Assembly: GCA_943355055.1 (NCBI GenBank)
Contig: CALREA010000001.1
Location: forward strand, 26,722 to 90,721
Origin: Candidatus Peribacteria bacterium
GTDB lineage: Bacteria > Patescibacteriota > Gracilibacteria > UBA1369 > UBA12463
Direction of reading: 5' to 3'
Length of the DNA stretch: 64,000 nt
Both the position numbers and the translations under genes were made by a program. The notes beneath the pieces were generated by a model, which saw nothing but the letters and a program-made list of their open reading frames with translations, made no database searches and had not been told where the DNA came from. Below are positions 16,587 to 26,198 of this stretch, in pieces (position 1 is the first letter of the stretch; every line of letters starts with the position of its first letter).

Positions 16587-18005
16587 CTAAAACGCTGTCG
16601 TTTTTCCAGTTCGTACCGCAAGTATCGTATCCGAGGCACGCTCATATTTCAAGGACAGTTGAGTCTTATCAGAAAAATAATAATCCACCGCGCCCGTCCC
16701 GACGCCGATGTCATCCGTTTCAATAATCAACGCGTCTCCCAGCGAATCAATGGTTGTCTTGCCAACTTTTTCCACCAAGACTTTCGCCTGAATATCGCTC
16801 ACGAGTTTGCTATCCACCGTTTTCGGCCCTACTCCCACGCCAACTTCTTTCACCGCAAGCGTTCTCACGATTCCTCGAATACTCTCGCGCATTTTTAGCG
16901 ACAGCGAGCCGATTCCATACTGTCCATAGATTGAAACCACACCATTCCCAGGCATCCAAACATACCAGTTCTCAATACCGCGACTCGCGACCATCACATC
17001 CAGAGCAGGCCGACCCATCAGCGTAATCGAACTGAATTTCACGCCATCTCCATACGCCTGCATGCTCATCGCCTTCATTTTTTCGAAATACGTCTCCGAT
17101 GTCTCACTCTCGCCACTCGCGCCTGCGCTCAGTGTCGCCGTTTTCACCACTACCTTCGCCGACAACGGCGTCACAAGCTCATAGTCCGCCGACATTCGCG
17201 GATCTTTTTTGATCACAATGACTCGACTTCCATCTTTAAACGCGATCCACGACTTCGGAATGCGAAATATCACACCGTCAACGCTTGTATCAACCGAAGC
17301 CCAACCCCTCGTGACATCCACCGCCGCGCCCTTTTGGTCCCTTACCATCTGCACGCGGAACAAAATCTCCGCCGCCATCCCGCGTGTAATAATCTGATTC
17401 GGATAAAAAAGCCCATCGTCATTATCTGTCAAAATATTCAGTCGCCTCGCGCTCATTACCTGCGAAAAGTACCACGTCCCTGACACAACATCACTCGGTG
17501 CGATATCACCGGCATGCGACACATTTGGCTCATACTGCAGCGCCTTGAATGCGATTTTCAGAGCTTGGACTCGTGTTATTTTGTCATTGGGCAGAAAGGC
17601 GCTAGTTTTTCCCGCCCCCGCTCCCTGCACCACCCCCAACCTCGCCGCCGTCATCACATCTTCAAAAAACCAATCGTCTTTATGGACGTCCAGAAACAGA
17701 ACGGCACCAGCCGTTCCCGATCCCGCCCCCGTACCCGCTTTTTGATCTCCCCGCCCCCCCAACTTCAACGCGATCTTCACGAACTCCGCGCGACTGATAT
17801 TCGCCTCGGGCTTGTACGTCTGATCCGGATACCCCTGTACGATTTTCTTATCCTTCAAAAATCCAATTGCCTCCCGAAACTCATAATCCGCCGGTACATC
17901 CACGAACACACTCACGCTCGCCGCACTCACCGCGCCACCCGCACTCGCCACCACAAGGGCTAGTATGCCACTCACCACACCAAGAATACTATTTTTCCTC
18001 ATCAT
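16587..18005 (-). CDS. S-layer homology (SLH) domain protein, secreted
   Basis: Signal peptide followed by three SLH repeats (FVDVPADYEF...ISRAEFVKIALK; FLDVHKDDWF...ITRVQALKIAFKA; DVVSGTWYF...ITRGMAAEILFRV). Confidence 0.85.
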   Translation of the reverse strand: MMRKNSILGVVSGILALVVASAGGAVSAASVSVFVDVPADYEFREAIGFLKDKKIVQGYPDQTYKPEANISRAEFVKIALKLGGRGDQKAGTGAGSGTAGAVLFLDVHKDDWFFEDVMTAARLGVVQGAGAGKTSAFLPNDKITRVQALKIAFKALQYEPNVSHAGDIAPSDVVSGTWYFSQVMSARRLNILTDNDDGLFYPNQIITRGMAAEILFRVQMVRDQKGAAVDVTRGWASVDTSVDGVIFRIPKSWIAFKDGSRVIVIKKDPRMSADYELVTPLSAKVVVKTATLSAGASGESETSETYFEKMKAMSMQAYGDGVKFSSITLMGRPALDVMVASRGIENWYVWMPGNGVVSIYGQYGIGSLSLKMRESIRGIVRTLAVKEVGVGVGPKTVDSKLVSDIQAKVLVEKVGKTTIDSLGDALIIETDDIGVGTGAVDYYFSDKTQLSLKYERASDTILAVRTGKTTAF

Positions 18006-18025
18006 GTCACGAGTATATCACGCCA

Positions 18026-18901
18026 TCACCGCGGCTTTCTATACTGCTGTACTAATCTGTCAATGAAATACTTCGGGTCATCTTCACTCGCAACCTTCAG
18101 CACCCTCCACTCCCGCGGAATCACCGTCTCATCCTCAATCAACCCCATATGTACCACTCGTTCATGAGCGGTACACAGAGCGACAATTTGATCCGGGTCA
18201 TGCACGGCATCCAATGCAAATCGTTGAGTATGATGGAGAATAGCATATACTTTCCGACATTGGCCAAACTCACACAATCCACGACTACGTCTCATGATAA
18301 ACTTCATGATCTCCGCCGGAATATGTCGCGCGGCATCTTCGACAGTCTCCGGTTTCTCAGACGCAAGCGTTTTCTCTCGATAGATCAAAAACTCACGAAA
18401 AAGATCTTCCCACGACCCACCATCGCGCAATTTTTCCAACTGCTCCGCAAGCTCTTTCGACACCCGCACATCGAGCAAAATTTTCTCCATATGAAGGAAA
18501 TCAGCTTCATTTTTCACGGGGCTCACACCACGCTGTCGTCTCACCTCTCGAACATACGTTTCCAACGCATTCACTCCCATATGTTTTGCCTTTTCCGCCC
18601 AAAAATCAGAAGTCTCAAGCGTAGCGATCACCGCTACCGGACGAACGGCACCGAGGCCCTTTTCACGAGCAACTTCCATCAATGCCGGCTTATCGTGAAT
18701 TCGATCCAGAATACGCAACGCTTCATCCACCGTTGCTCCACTCATCCCCGCAAACACGCGGGCATATTCATACACACTCGGAAAACCCTTTTGTTTCCAA
18801 ACTCCACGTCGCATAATTTCCGGCAACATAAGGGCACACTTTCGCAGAGCTTCCTTCGCAGCAGAACCATGGCGTACAAATTTTTCGTGCAGGTCTTCCA
18901 T
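18026..18901 (-). CDS. HNH endonuclease domain protein (DUF222-like N-terminus)
   Basis: C-terminal HNH-type motif HHTQRFALDAVHDPDQIVALCTAHERVVH. 291 aa. Confidence 0.8.
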   Translation of the reverse strand: MEDLHEKFVRHGSAAKEALRKCALMLPEIMRRGVWKQKGFPSVYEYARVFAGMSGATVDEALRILDRIHDKPALMEVAREKGLGAVRPVAVIATLETSDFWAEKAKHMGVNALETYVREVRRQRGVSPVKNEADFLHMEKILLDVRVSKELAEQLEKLRDGGSWEDLFREFLIYREKTLASEKPETVEDAARHIPAEIMKFIMRRSRGLCEFGQCRKVYAILHHTQRFALDAVHDPDQIVALCTAHERVVHMGLIEDETVIPREWRVLKVASEDDPKYFIDRLVQQYRKPR

Positions 18902-18975
18902 ATATATTTGATAAAGACGTATCTAAAATACTACTACAAAAACCACAAAAATCCACCCCAATAAGCCATTTCAAC

Positions 18976-19248
18976 GTGACACGCACGACGAAACATTGCA
19001 CAGTGAATATTTACTCACCATCGGCGACAAAACAAAAAATATCCAAGATTTCGGAAATAGAAGAGGAGCTTGAAAGAAAAACAGGATGGCGTATCGCGCT
19101 TGAATTGGATCCGAGAAGTGGATATATGAGGTGGGCGTGCGACAAATCCCAGGCAGACACTCCGCACAAACGAAAAATAATTGAAGACGCGCTTTTCAAA
19201 TGTACTACAGCGGTATTCGACAAATACAGTATAGCGCTTCCCCTCTAA
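18976..19248 (+). CDS. hypothetical small protein (weak call)
   Basis: 90-aa ORF in an otherwise empty 460-nt gap, with no recognisable motif. Confidence 0.25.
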   Translation: MTRTTKHCTVNIYSPSATKQKISKISEIEEELERKTGWRIALELDPRSGYMRWACDKSQADTPHKRKIIEDALFKCTTAVFDKYSIALPL

Positions 19249-19360
19249 GGAACCTCCGAAAAATGCGTATTGCGGTGTCAACTTCGTCGTTTCCTCATCG
19301 CCGTACAGCTTTGTGCGGCTCTCTCGTAACCTCCTTGTTTCCTAGCACTCCATCATTTTT

Positions 19361-20728
19361 CTAACTATACAGCAACTCCCCCGGACTATAATTATCCAGA
19401 TTTTCCTCGCCGATCAGCTCGATCATTTTTTCTAACGTGTCTTCGAACTTGACCTTGATTTGTGTACCGACGGACATGTCACGAATAATGGCCACACCCT
19501 CACGAACTTCGGTGAGTCCCATAATAATCGTCCATGGCGCCCCGAATTTATCGGCAATTTTTAATTGCGTTCCGATCGAGCCCTTTCCCAGCGCCCCAAC
19601 CGTCTTGATACCTCTTTCACGCATTTGCATAATCAACGGTAAACATTTTTTCTTCGCTTCTTTACCCAACTGCGCGACGAAAACATGCAGCTCGTCCTTG
19701 TGTGGAACACGAACTTTCGCCCGCTTCATATTGGCGATAACTCGTTCGATGCCTGCGGCAAAACCAACCGCCGGCGTAGGCGCGCCGCCCATCAGCTCAA
19801 CCAAACCATCATATCGTCCACCGCCACCGATCGCGTTTTGCGCGCCCAGCGAAGCATCCCAGAACTCAAACACCGTCTTGGAATAATAATCCAACCCGCG
19901 AACCAGTCGCGAATTTTCTACATATTTGATTCCCATTTCATCCAAAAATTCTTTCAAATCACCATGAAACTCCTTCGACTCATCATCAAGATATTCCGCT
20001 AAAGATGGCGCCAACTTGGCCAACACGACACAGTCTTCTTCTTTACAATCAAGCAGTCTCAGAGGATTCACCTCCAATCTTCCTCGGCAGTTTTCACACA
20101 AATGTCTTTCTTTCCCGAAATAATAATCCTGCAGTGCAGAGATATATTTTTTTCGTGATTCAGGCGTACCGATACTATTCAATTGTAAGGTAAATAAATC
20201 AGCGATTCCCAAATCCTGCAAAATCCGCAATGCGAGTTGAATAACCTGAGCATCCAGCGCCGGATCGCTCTCGCCAATAACCTCCATGCCGAACTGCCAG
20301 AACTGACGATATCGACCTTTTTGTGGACGATCGTATCGGAAATGCGGCTCGATATAGTAGAGCTGCACGGGCTGAGCGAGTGCCTGCATATTATTTTGCA
20401 AGTACGCGCGAACCACTCCCGCCGTCGACTCCGGCTTCAGGGTCAAACTACGACCCTTTCGATCTTGAAACGTGTACATCTCCTTCGAAACAATATCCGT
20501 CCCTTCACCCAGACTCCTCGTAAACACATTGGTAAACTCGAAAATCGGCGTAGAGATACGACGAAAACCCGCCTGACGCAAACGGTGACGAACTACCTTT
20601 TTGATATAGGTGTAATACTCGTGATCAGCCGGCAATATATCATGAACACCTTTTGGTGTCTGGTAGGGAGGTCCCATCGATCCGGTGGATTCATTATCTT
20701 CTACAGTCTTGATATCATCATCAGCCAT
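19361..20728 (-). CDS. hisS: histidine--tRNA ligase
   Basis: Class II aaRS motifs, including RYDRPQKGRYRQFWQFG and GGGRYDGL. 455 aa. Confidence 0.95.
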   Translation of the reverse strand: MADDDIKTVEDNESTGSMGPPYQTPKGVHDILPADHEYYTYIKKVVRHRLRQAGFRRISTPIFEFTNVFTRSLGEGTDIVSKEMYTFQDRKGRSLTLKPESTAGVVRAYLQNNMQALAQPVQLYYIEPHFRYDRPQKGRYRQFWQFGMEVIGESDPALDAQVIQLALRILQDLGIADLFTLQLNSIGTPESRKKYISALQDYYFGKERHLCENCRGRLEVNPLRLLDCKEEDCVVLAKLAPSLAEYLDDESKEFHGDLKEFLDEMGIKYVENSRLVRGLDYYSKTVFEFWDASLGAQNAIGGGGRYDGLVELMGGAPTPAVGFAAGIERVIANMKRAKVRVPHKDELHVFVAQLGKEAKKKCLPLIMQMRERGIKTVGALGKGSIGTQLKIADKFGAPWTIIMGLTEVREGVAIIRDMSVGTQIKVKFEDTLEKMIELIGEENLDNYSPGELLYS

Positions 20729-20786
20729 GGCAAATTCAAAAATTAATAAAACAGCAACGGCAATTATAGCACCAAATCAAGCAAAA

Positions 20787-21833
20787 TCAACACGCAAACG
20801 CCGCCTTCGGCTCTACGAAACGAAATTCCCGATACTTCTCGGGAGACTTCATATACTGAAAGTACGCCGCCGCGCCGATCATCGCGGCATTATCGGTACA
20901 ATAGGCCATTTGTGCCGGAACACGGAACGTAACTTTCATGCCATGTTGCTTATTCCAAATTTTCAAACCCCGTTCGACCGCCTCTCTCAGCGCGCTATTC
21001 GCCGAAACACCACCCGTCAGATGAACTTCTTTCACTTCATGGTGAGCATCGAGCATCATAAACAGTCGAGATGTCAGTGCGTCAATTACCGCAATCTGGA
21101 AACTCGCCGCCGTATCGGCCAGAAACTTCTTATCTTTCAGCTTCGATTTATTTTTCTGTAAGTGATACAAAATCGCCGTCTTCAGCCCCGAGAAGCTAAA
21201 GTCAAGCCTGCCGTCCGAGAATGACGCACGCGGAAACACATAGGCATGCGCATCGCCTTTTTTGGCAGCTGCTTCAATCAAAGGGCCTCCCGGGTAGCCG
21301 AGACCCAACAGGCGCGCAACTTTATCAAAAGCCTCACCCGCCGCATCATCTGCCGTCTCGCACAGCACTTCGAACTCATGATGACCCTTCATCAAAAATA
21401 ACTCATTGTGCCCACCGCTCACACTCAAGCTCATAATCGGAAACGTAATCCGACCCTTCGCCTCTAACCACGGCGCGTACACATGCCCATAGATATGTTT
21501 CACCGGAATGAGCGGCTTGCCCATCACCAAACTCAGCATATTCGCCACGCTCGTTCCAATCACTAATGCAACCCCCAACCCCGGCCCATACGTCACCGCC
21601 AACGCATCAATTTTTTCCAATTTTATATCCGCGTCCCGTAGCGCTTTCTCTACCACCGGCATAATCGCGTTCACATGCTCCCTCGCGGCCACCTCCGGCA
21701 CCACGCCCCCCGTCTTGTCATGCAACTTCGCCTGCGACGCAATCACATTCGACAACACTTTTGTCCCATTTTCCACTACCGAAGCGGACGTTTCATCACA
21801 CGAGGATTCAATGGCAAGGATTTTCATAAGCAC
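20787..21833 (-). CDS. tsaD: tRNA N6-adenosine threonylcarbamoyltransferase TsaD
   Basis: N-terminus ILAIESSCDETS and the Kae1/Gcp family pattern throughout. 348 aa. Confidence 0.95.
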   Translation of the reverse strand: MLMKILAIESSCDETSASVVENGTKVLSNVIASQAKLHDKTGGVVPEVAAREHVNAIMPVVEKALRDADIKLEKIDALAVTYGPGLGVALVIGTSVANMLSLVMGKPLIPVKHIYGHVYAPWLEAKGRITFPIMSLSVSGGHNELFLMKGHHEFEVLCETADDAAGEAFDKVARLLGLGYPGGPLIEAAAKKGDAHAYVFPRASFSDGRLDFSFSGLKTAILYHLQKNKSKLKDKKFLADTAASFQIAVIDALTSRLFMMLDAHHEVKEVHLTGGVSANSALREAVERGLKIWNKQHGMKVTFRVPAQMAYCTDNAAMIGAAAYFQYMKSPEKYREFRFVEPKAAFAC

Positions 21834-22249
21834 ACTATAATCGAAAGTTAAATAATTGCAAAGAGGCTATCTCAGTAGTGCCTTAGCCCATGTATCAAAC
21901 TCGTCGTACGCTCATCATTTTGAATGAGTTTGATTTCCAAACCACTTGTTCGACTTGTTGAAAATCCTCCTCTGAAAAATTATTCCACCGGGAGGAGGAG
22001 AATCTTCTGACTTTTGAGAGCCCGCTTTATTCGACCAATCACAGCATTCGGAGTGAGATGAAGTTTCGAGATAAAATCTTTTCTCGTGAAACAAATTGGG
22101 AAGGTATTCTGGACGTCCAGGCTCTAGCAGGAGTCTCCTTTGAGGAAGTAATTTATTTCATAAAAAGTATGGAAAAACGTACCTATACTAGAATAAAATA
22201 CGTGCACGCGCAATGTGCATTTTTTTACTGCCTATACTACAATGGGTAC

Positions 22250-23620
22250 ATGCACCTGACCGCCCGCGGCATCGTCGAAACACTACAGAAAAAAGGATAC
22301 CAAGCCTACTGGGCCGGTGGTTGCGTGCGCGATATGCTGCTTGGGATTACGCCGAAAGATTTTGATATTGTCACTTCCGCGCTTCCCGACGAAATTGAAT
22401 CTATATTTGAGAAAACCATTCCTATCGGCAAAAAATTCGGAGTGATCCTCGCGATAATAAACGAACATCACTTCGAAATCGCTACATTCCGATCCGACGC
22501 ATCATCATCCGATGGACGGCGTCCAGATGCGGTAATATTCACCTCGGCCGAGGAAGACGCCAAGCGTCGCGACTTCACGATCAACGCATTGTTCTACGAT
22601 CCGATCGCGGACAAGATATATGATTACGTAAATGGACAAACAGATCTGGATGCGAAATTAATTCGATTCATCGGTGATCCGGAAAAACGTATAGAAGAAG
22701 ATTACCTCAGAATTCTCCGAGCGATCCGTATGAAAAATACGTTTCAATTTCAATATCACCCGGACACATACACCGCCGTAAAAGCCAACGCACGGCACGT
22801 CACACAAATTTCCGCCGAGCGCGTACAGGATGAGCTCAACAAAATGATTCTCTCTCCGCACCCACGCAAGGCTTTTGAAGAAATGGAAGATACCGGCCTC
22901 CTCCAGTACATCATGCCTGAAATGATCGCCATGAAGGGCGTAGCACAGCCATTCGAATACCATCAGGAGGGTGATGTGTGGGAGCACGCCATGCGCAGTA
23001 TAGACGCGCTCCGAAATCAAAAAGCTCGTGTCTCTACCGCGCCACTCGCTTCGCTCGAAGTTCACTGGGCCACGATTCTCCACGATATCGGAAAGCCCGA
23101 CACATTCAAACTTGGCAACGATCGAATCCACTTCAATGGTCACGCTACCCGTTCGGCCGAGATCGCCCACGACATCATGACCCGCCTCAAATTTCCGCGA
23201 AGAATGATCGATCACGTTATGTGGTTGACCACGCATCATATGATGATGGTGCAGCTCATTGATATGCCCATCGAAAAACGTCTTCAGTGGTTCCACCATC
23301 CGCTCTTCCTCGAACTTATGGAGGTCTTTCACGCCGACGCTGCCGGAACCGATGCCGGTCCTGGTTCGGAAAAAGAAGATTCAGAAAATTTCGAACTGTA
23401 TTACCAAATTCTCGATCTCTATCGCACCGACCTCGCCGACACCCCCCATCCCCCCAAGCCGCTCATCACCGGTACCGATCTCATGAACGCGCTCGATCTC
23501 CGCCCCGGTCCACGCTTAGGTGAACTCCTCCACCAACTGTACGAACTCCAACTCGCCAAAAAAATAACCACCAAAGAAGAGGCGATTGAGTGGGTAAGAA
23601 AAAACGCGGGTATCGTATAA
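22250..23620 (+). CDS. cca: CCA-adding enzyme / poly(A) polymerase family protein with HD domain
   Basis: GGCVRDMLLG...DFDI nucleotidyltransferase head, RRDFTINA, and HD-domain H..HDIGK. The conserved region starts at the ATG at 22250; the ORF track starts at 22058. Confidence 0.85.
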   Translation: MHLTARGIVETLQKKGYQAYWAGGCVRDMLLGITPKDFDIVTSALPDEIESIFEKTIPIGKKFGVILAIINEHHFEIATFRSDASSSDGRRPDAVIFTSAEEDAKRRDFTINALFYDPIADKIYDYVNGQTDLDAKLIRFIGDPEKRIEEDYLRILRAIRMKNTFQFQYHPDTYTAVKANARHVTQISAERVQDELNKMILSPHPRKAFEEMEDTGLLQYIMPEMIAMKGVAQPFEYHQEGDVWEHAMRSIDALRNQKARVSTAPLASLEVHWATILHDIGKPDTFKLGNDRIHFNGHATRSAEIAHDIMTRLKFPRRMIDHVMWLTTHHMMMVQLIDMPIEKRLQWFHHPLFLELMEVFHADAAGTDAGPGSEKEDSENFELYYQILDLYRTDLADTPHPPKPLITGTDLMNALDLRPGPRLGELLHQLYELQLAKKITTKEEAIEWVRKNAGIV

Positions 23621-23679
23621 CGGTATTATGTGACCTTCCCAAGGTTAAGAAACGGGTTCGACTCCCGTTACCCGCTCCA
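23606..23679 (+). tRNA. tRNA-Gly (anticodon CCC), CCA encoded
   Basis: Hand fold: acceptor GCGGGTA/TACCCGC, anticodon arm TGACC-TTCCCAA-GGTTA, T arm ACGGG-TTCGACT-CCCGT. The 5' 15 nt overlap the end of cca. Confidence 0.9.
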
Positions 23680-23701
23680 CAAGTAGATACACAGTAGTAT
23701 C

Positions 23702-24352
23702 CTACTTCTCGAATTCCGTTGGAACGTTTACACCATGCTGATGCATCAGGGCGACAAAGGAGGAAGTAATCGCATCGATACTTGATTGGAATACTTCGGG
23801 CTGAACAGGCGCTTGTTCGGACACCGATAGCGCGAAACTATAATACTCTTTTCCGACCGTGCCGCCATATTCCACGGGATGGGCATCGAGATAGAGATAG
23901 GCCTTTGCCTCGTAATTATTATAATAAACTTCGAGCGAATCATGTTTTCCGTTTGCCTCCCCAATGATAAACACCATCGACAGGAAATTACTGGAACTCA
24001 CAGGGGCAGGATGCTGCATGACCTGTGCTGTAGCGAGCAATTGAGTTATCTTCTCAATAAATTCGAACGAACGTTTCGTGGCAAAGTCATGAAGAAGTTT
24101 GGGTTGTAATTCTTTGCAGGAAAATCGTTCGGCAAGAGTCGCCCAGACTTCGTCGCCAACCTGGCACCTTGTTTTAGCAACCTTCTGTGCTTCAGGATGT
24201 AGGGGAAGGGAGACTATCGATGAAGTATGAGACGTGACTGATGCCTCGGTAGGATGTGAAAATTCGCCGGGTTCCACGGTACAGGCGGACAAAGCGATAA
24301 TAAAAGGTGAGATTGAACCAAGAGTATTTTTCATTGAACCAGATACTAGCAC
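23702..24352 (-). CDS. putative lipoprotein, hypothetical
   Basis: Lipobox-like IIALSAC after a hydrophobic N-terminus. 216 aa. Confidence 0.65.
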   Translation of the reverse strand: MLVSGSMKNTLGSISPFIIALSACTVEPGEFSHPTEASVTSHTSSIVSLPLHPEAQKVAKTRCQVGDEVWATLAERFSCKELQPKLLHDFATKRSFEFIEKITQLLATAQVMQHPAPVSSSNFLSMVFIIGEANGKHDSLEVYYNNYEAKAYLYLDAHPVEYGGTVGKEYYSFALSVSEQAPVQPEVFQSSIDAITSSFVALMHQHGVNVPTEFEK

Positions 24353-24437
24353 GAAATTTTACAGGATCAATCAAAAAAACACCCCAATACTTTTCGTACT
24401 GAGGTGCTTATTTTTTCCAAAAACAAAAGATGCAAAA

Positions 24438-24707
24438 TTAGCAGTTTCCACCCTTGCCGCCACTCTTGCAGCATCCTGATGCAGGTTTGCTCTCCTTGTC
24501 GCAGCTTTTTTCACTACCTTTTTCCCCACCCTTGCTGCCACATGACATTGAGCTACATGGACAAGCAAGATCGTGAATACCCAAGAGGATGAAGAAGAGA
24601 GGCCAGTACTTCTCAACCGTAAATTCAGGCCAAACACTCATCGTGCCAAGCAAAAAGAGAACACCAAAAACCAGCATGATAGCCGCTTTACATTTCGAAC
24701 GCATCAT
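24438..24707 (-). CDS. small two-TM protein with a Cys/Gly/Lys-rich tail
   Basis: 89 aa with two hydrophobic helices, then CPCSSMSCGSKGGEKGSEKSCDKESKPASGCCKSGGKGGNC. It competes with the overlapping ORF 24371..24637. Confidence 0.45.
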   Translation of the reverse strand: MMRSKCKAAIMLVFGVLFLLGTMSVWPEFTVEKYWPLFFILLGIHDLACPCSSMSCGSKGGEKGSEKSCDKESKPASGCCKSGGKGGNC

Positions 24708-24770
24708 AGGGAAAAAATTAAAAAATAGGAAATCTACTTCATGCTATCACAATGTGAGAAAAAGTAAAAC

Positions 24771-25304
24771 TCAAGATTTGGTCAACTCAAGATATCCCTC
24801 AATATAGCCATTTTCACCGGTACTACAAAGAGCTTTTCCAGTAGCCTCATCCGTAAGCTTCTTGCTGAAATCTACTCCAGCGGTAAGACAGAGCTCTAGT
24901 GGCATTCCCGGCTCAGAAAAATACTTCCATGGTGGTACTCCAAGAAAATCAGCCGACTTCTTGATTTTATTTTTTGCCTTTAGAGCGGTTAACTTATTCT
25001 TGTATGCGATGAATTGGACGACATCACCTGGCTTGACTACAAATACCGCCTGATATCCATCCTTGCCAGTTCCTAGCGTCTTCACGCGCTTTCCAACATA
25101 TTCGTAGCCCGACACTGTAACCTTGTACATATTCACATAAGCTTTTGGGATCACCTCCATCGTATCAGCAGACGCATCCTTCGCTACTGTTGCCTGATAT
25201 GCGATATCTATCACGCCATAATCTTTCGCGAATGCGGCTGTCGCTGTTGAAAGCAGTACCATGCCTGCAAGCGCAGAAACCGAAAGCACTCTCTGTAATT
25301 TCAT
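24771..25304 (-). CDS. secreted hypothetical protein
   Basis: Clear signal peptide MKLQRVLSVSALAGMVLLSTATAAFA. 177 aa. Confidence 0.7.
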   Translation of the reverse strand: MKLQRVLSVSALAGMVLLSTATAAFAKDYGVIDIAYQATVAKDASADTMEVIPKAYVNMYKVTVSGYEYVGKRVKTLGTGKDGYQAVFVVKPGDVVQFIAYKNKLTALKAKNKIKKSADFLGVPPWKYFSEPGMPLELCLTAGVDFSKKLTDEATGKALCSTGENGYIEGYLELTKS

Positions 25305-25364
25305 AAGCTTGTATTAAATAATATCTGAGTAGATGTTAATCCTCATTTTCATTTACGGCAAGCA

Positions 25365-25733
25365 TCATCTTTGCGTTTTGAGGAGGTATCGTTTTTCGAT
25401 AGTCTTCATAATAATTTTCGCCATCTCGGCGCGGGTGATGGTGGAAAAAGGGCGGAATGTGCCATCGCGGTAGCCCATAATAATATCAAGCTTAAACGCG
25501 TGAGCGATAAACGGATATATTCTACTAATACTCGGAACATCCGAGAAAGGAAAACGGATAATGATGCCGGAAGGTGACTGGAGATTCGCGCTCATCAGGA
25601 GTACTTCCACCGCTTCAGCACGCCCTAGGAGGGCCCGAGGATCTCTCTGTACGTACCGTGCGGGAAGCAGTGTGCCAAACGCTTTGGTAATCATATTATA
25701 CGCTTCTCCCCGCGTAATTTCCTCACTGCCCAT
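25365..25733 (-). pseudogene. 3' fragment of an SLH-domain gene
   Basis: It starts inside an SLH repeat (..ITRGEAYNMITKAF) and contains one full SLH repeat (FSDVPS...ITRAEMAKIIMK). There is no signal peptide, and it directly abuts the transposase HTH fragment. Confidence 0.55.
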
Positions 25734-26074
25734 GAAATTACCATCACGGGTATGTGGAGTTGGATATGATGATCTTCTTCCAACATATCTCGCAGTCCAA
25801 CTGGTCCTTTGTACGGATTATGTCTCGCAAGATTGCAGATCAGATCTTCTAGTGTTTTTGATGTTTTATTGGCAATGAGTGATCCTTTCTTAGGTCCCGG
25901 TTTCTTGGGAGATATTCCATCGATGCCTTCGAAGCGGTACTTTGCCATCCACCGAGAGATCGTTTCTCTACGAACACACAGAACGTCAGCAACATCATTT
26001 TTCTTTCTACGACCTGCTACAATATCTTCCAAAAGCTGTTGACGAAGGAGAATCATGTCATATGATGGGTACAT
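25691..26074 (-). mobile_element. IS remnant: N-terminal helix-turn-helix part of a transposase/integrase, DDE domain missing
   Basis: 127-aa ORF with an HTH region (NDVADVLCVRRETISRWMAKYRFEGIDGISPKKPGPKKG) typical of IS481/IS630/IS3-type OrfA N-termini. It runs out of frame into the SLH fragment. Confidence 0.5.
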
Positions 26075-26198
26075 AGGTAAACGGGGGGTTATGTGTGATT
26101 ACTAACCCCAGTTTATCTCTTTTTCTAGTGCGGGAAATGTGACGGCAATTGCTGCAATCTTAACAACTTCAGCGCAGCTTCAAACGGTTGCAACGGTA

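Noticed and set aside
18149-18964. 271-aa plus-strand ORF.
   Set aside because: It is antisense to the HNH-domain gene. Its translation is His/Arg/Ser/Phe-rich and protein-unlike.
21834-22249. 416-nt gap between tsaD and cca, with an 8-bp inverted repeat TCCTCCTC...GAGGAGGA and other small hairpins, considered as an ncRNA gene.
   Set aside because: Part of the gap may be coding if cca starts at 22058. The hairpins have long loops and there are no promoter or terminator signatures. There is not enough evidence without covariation data.
22658-23332. 224-aa minus-strand ORF; similarly 34853..35557 (234 aa), 42556..43104 (182 aa), 52548..53078 (176 aa), 53960..54451 (163 aa) and 56207..56893 (228 aa).
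   Set aside because: Each lies antisense to, or is largely overlapped by, a gene with strong family motifs: cca, beta-CASP RNase, vapC/ppcA, amidase, tsaB and the alpha/beta hydrolase. None has recognisable motifs of its own.
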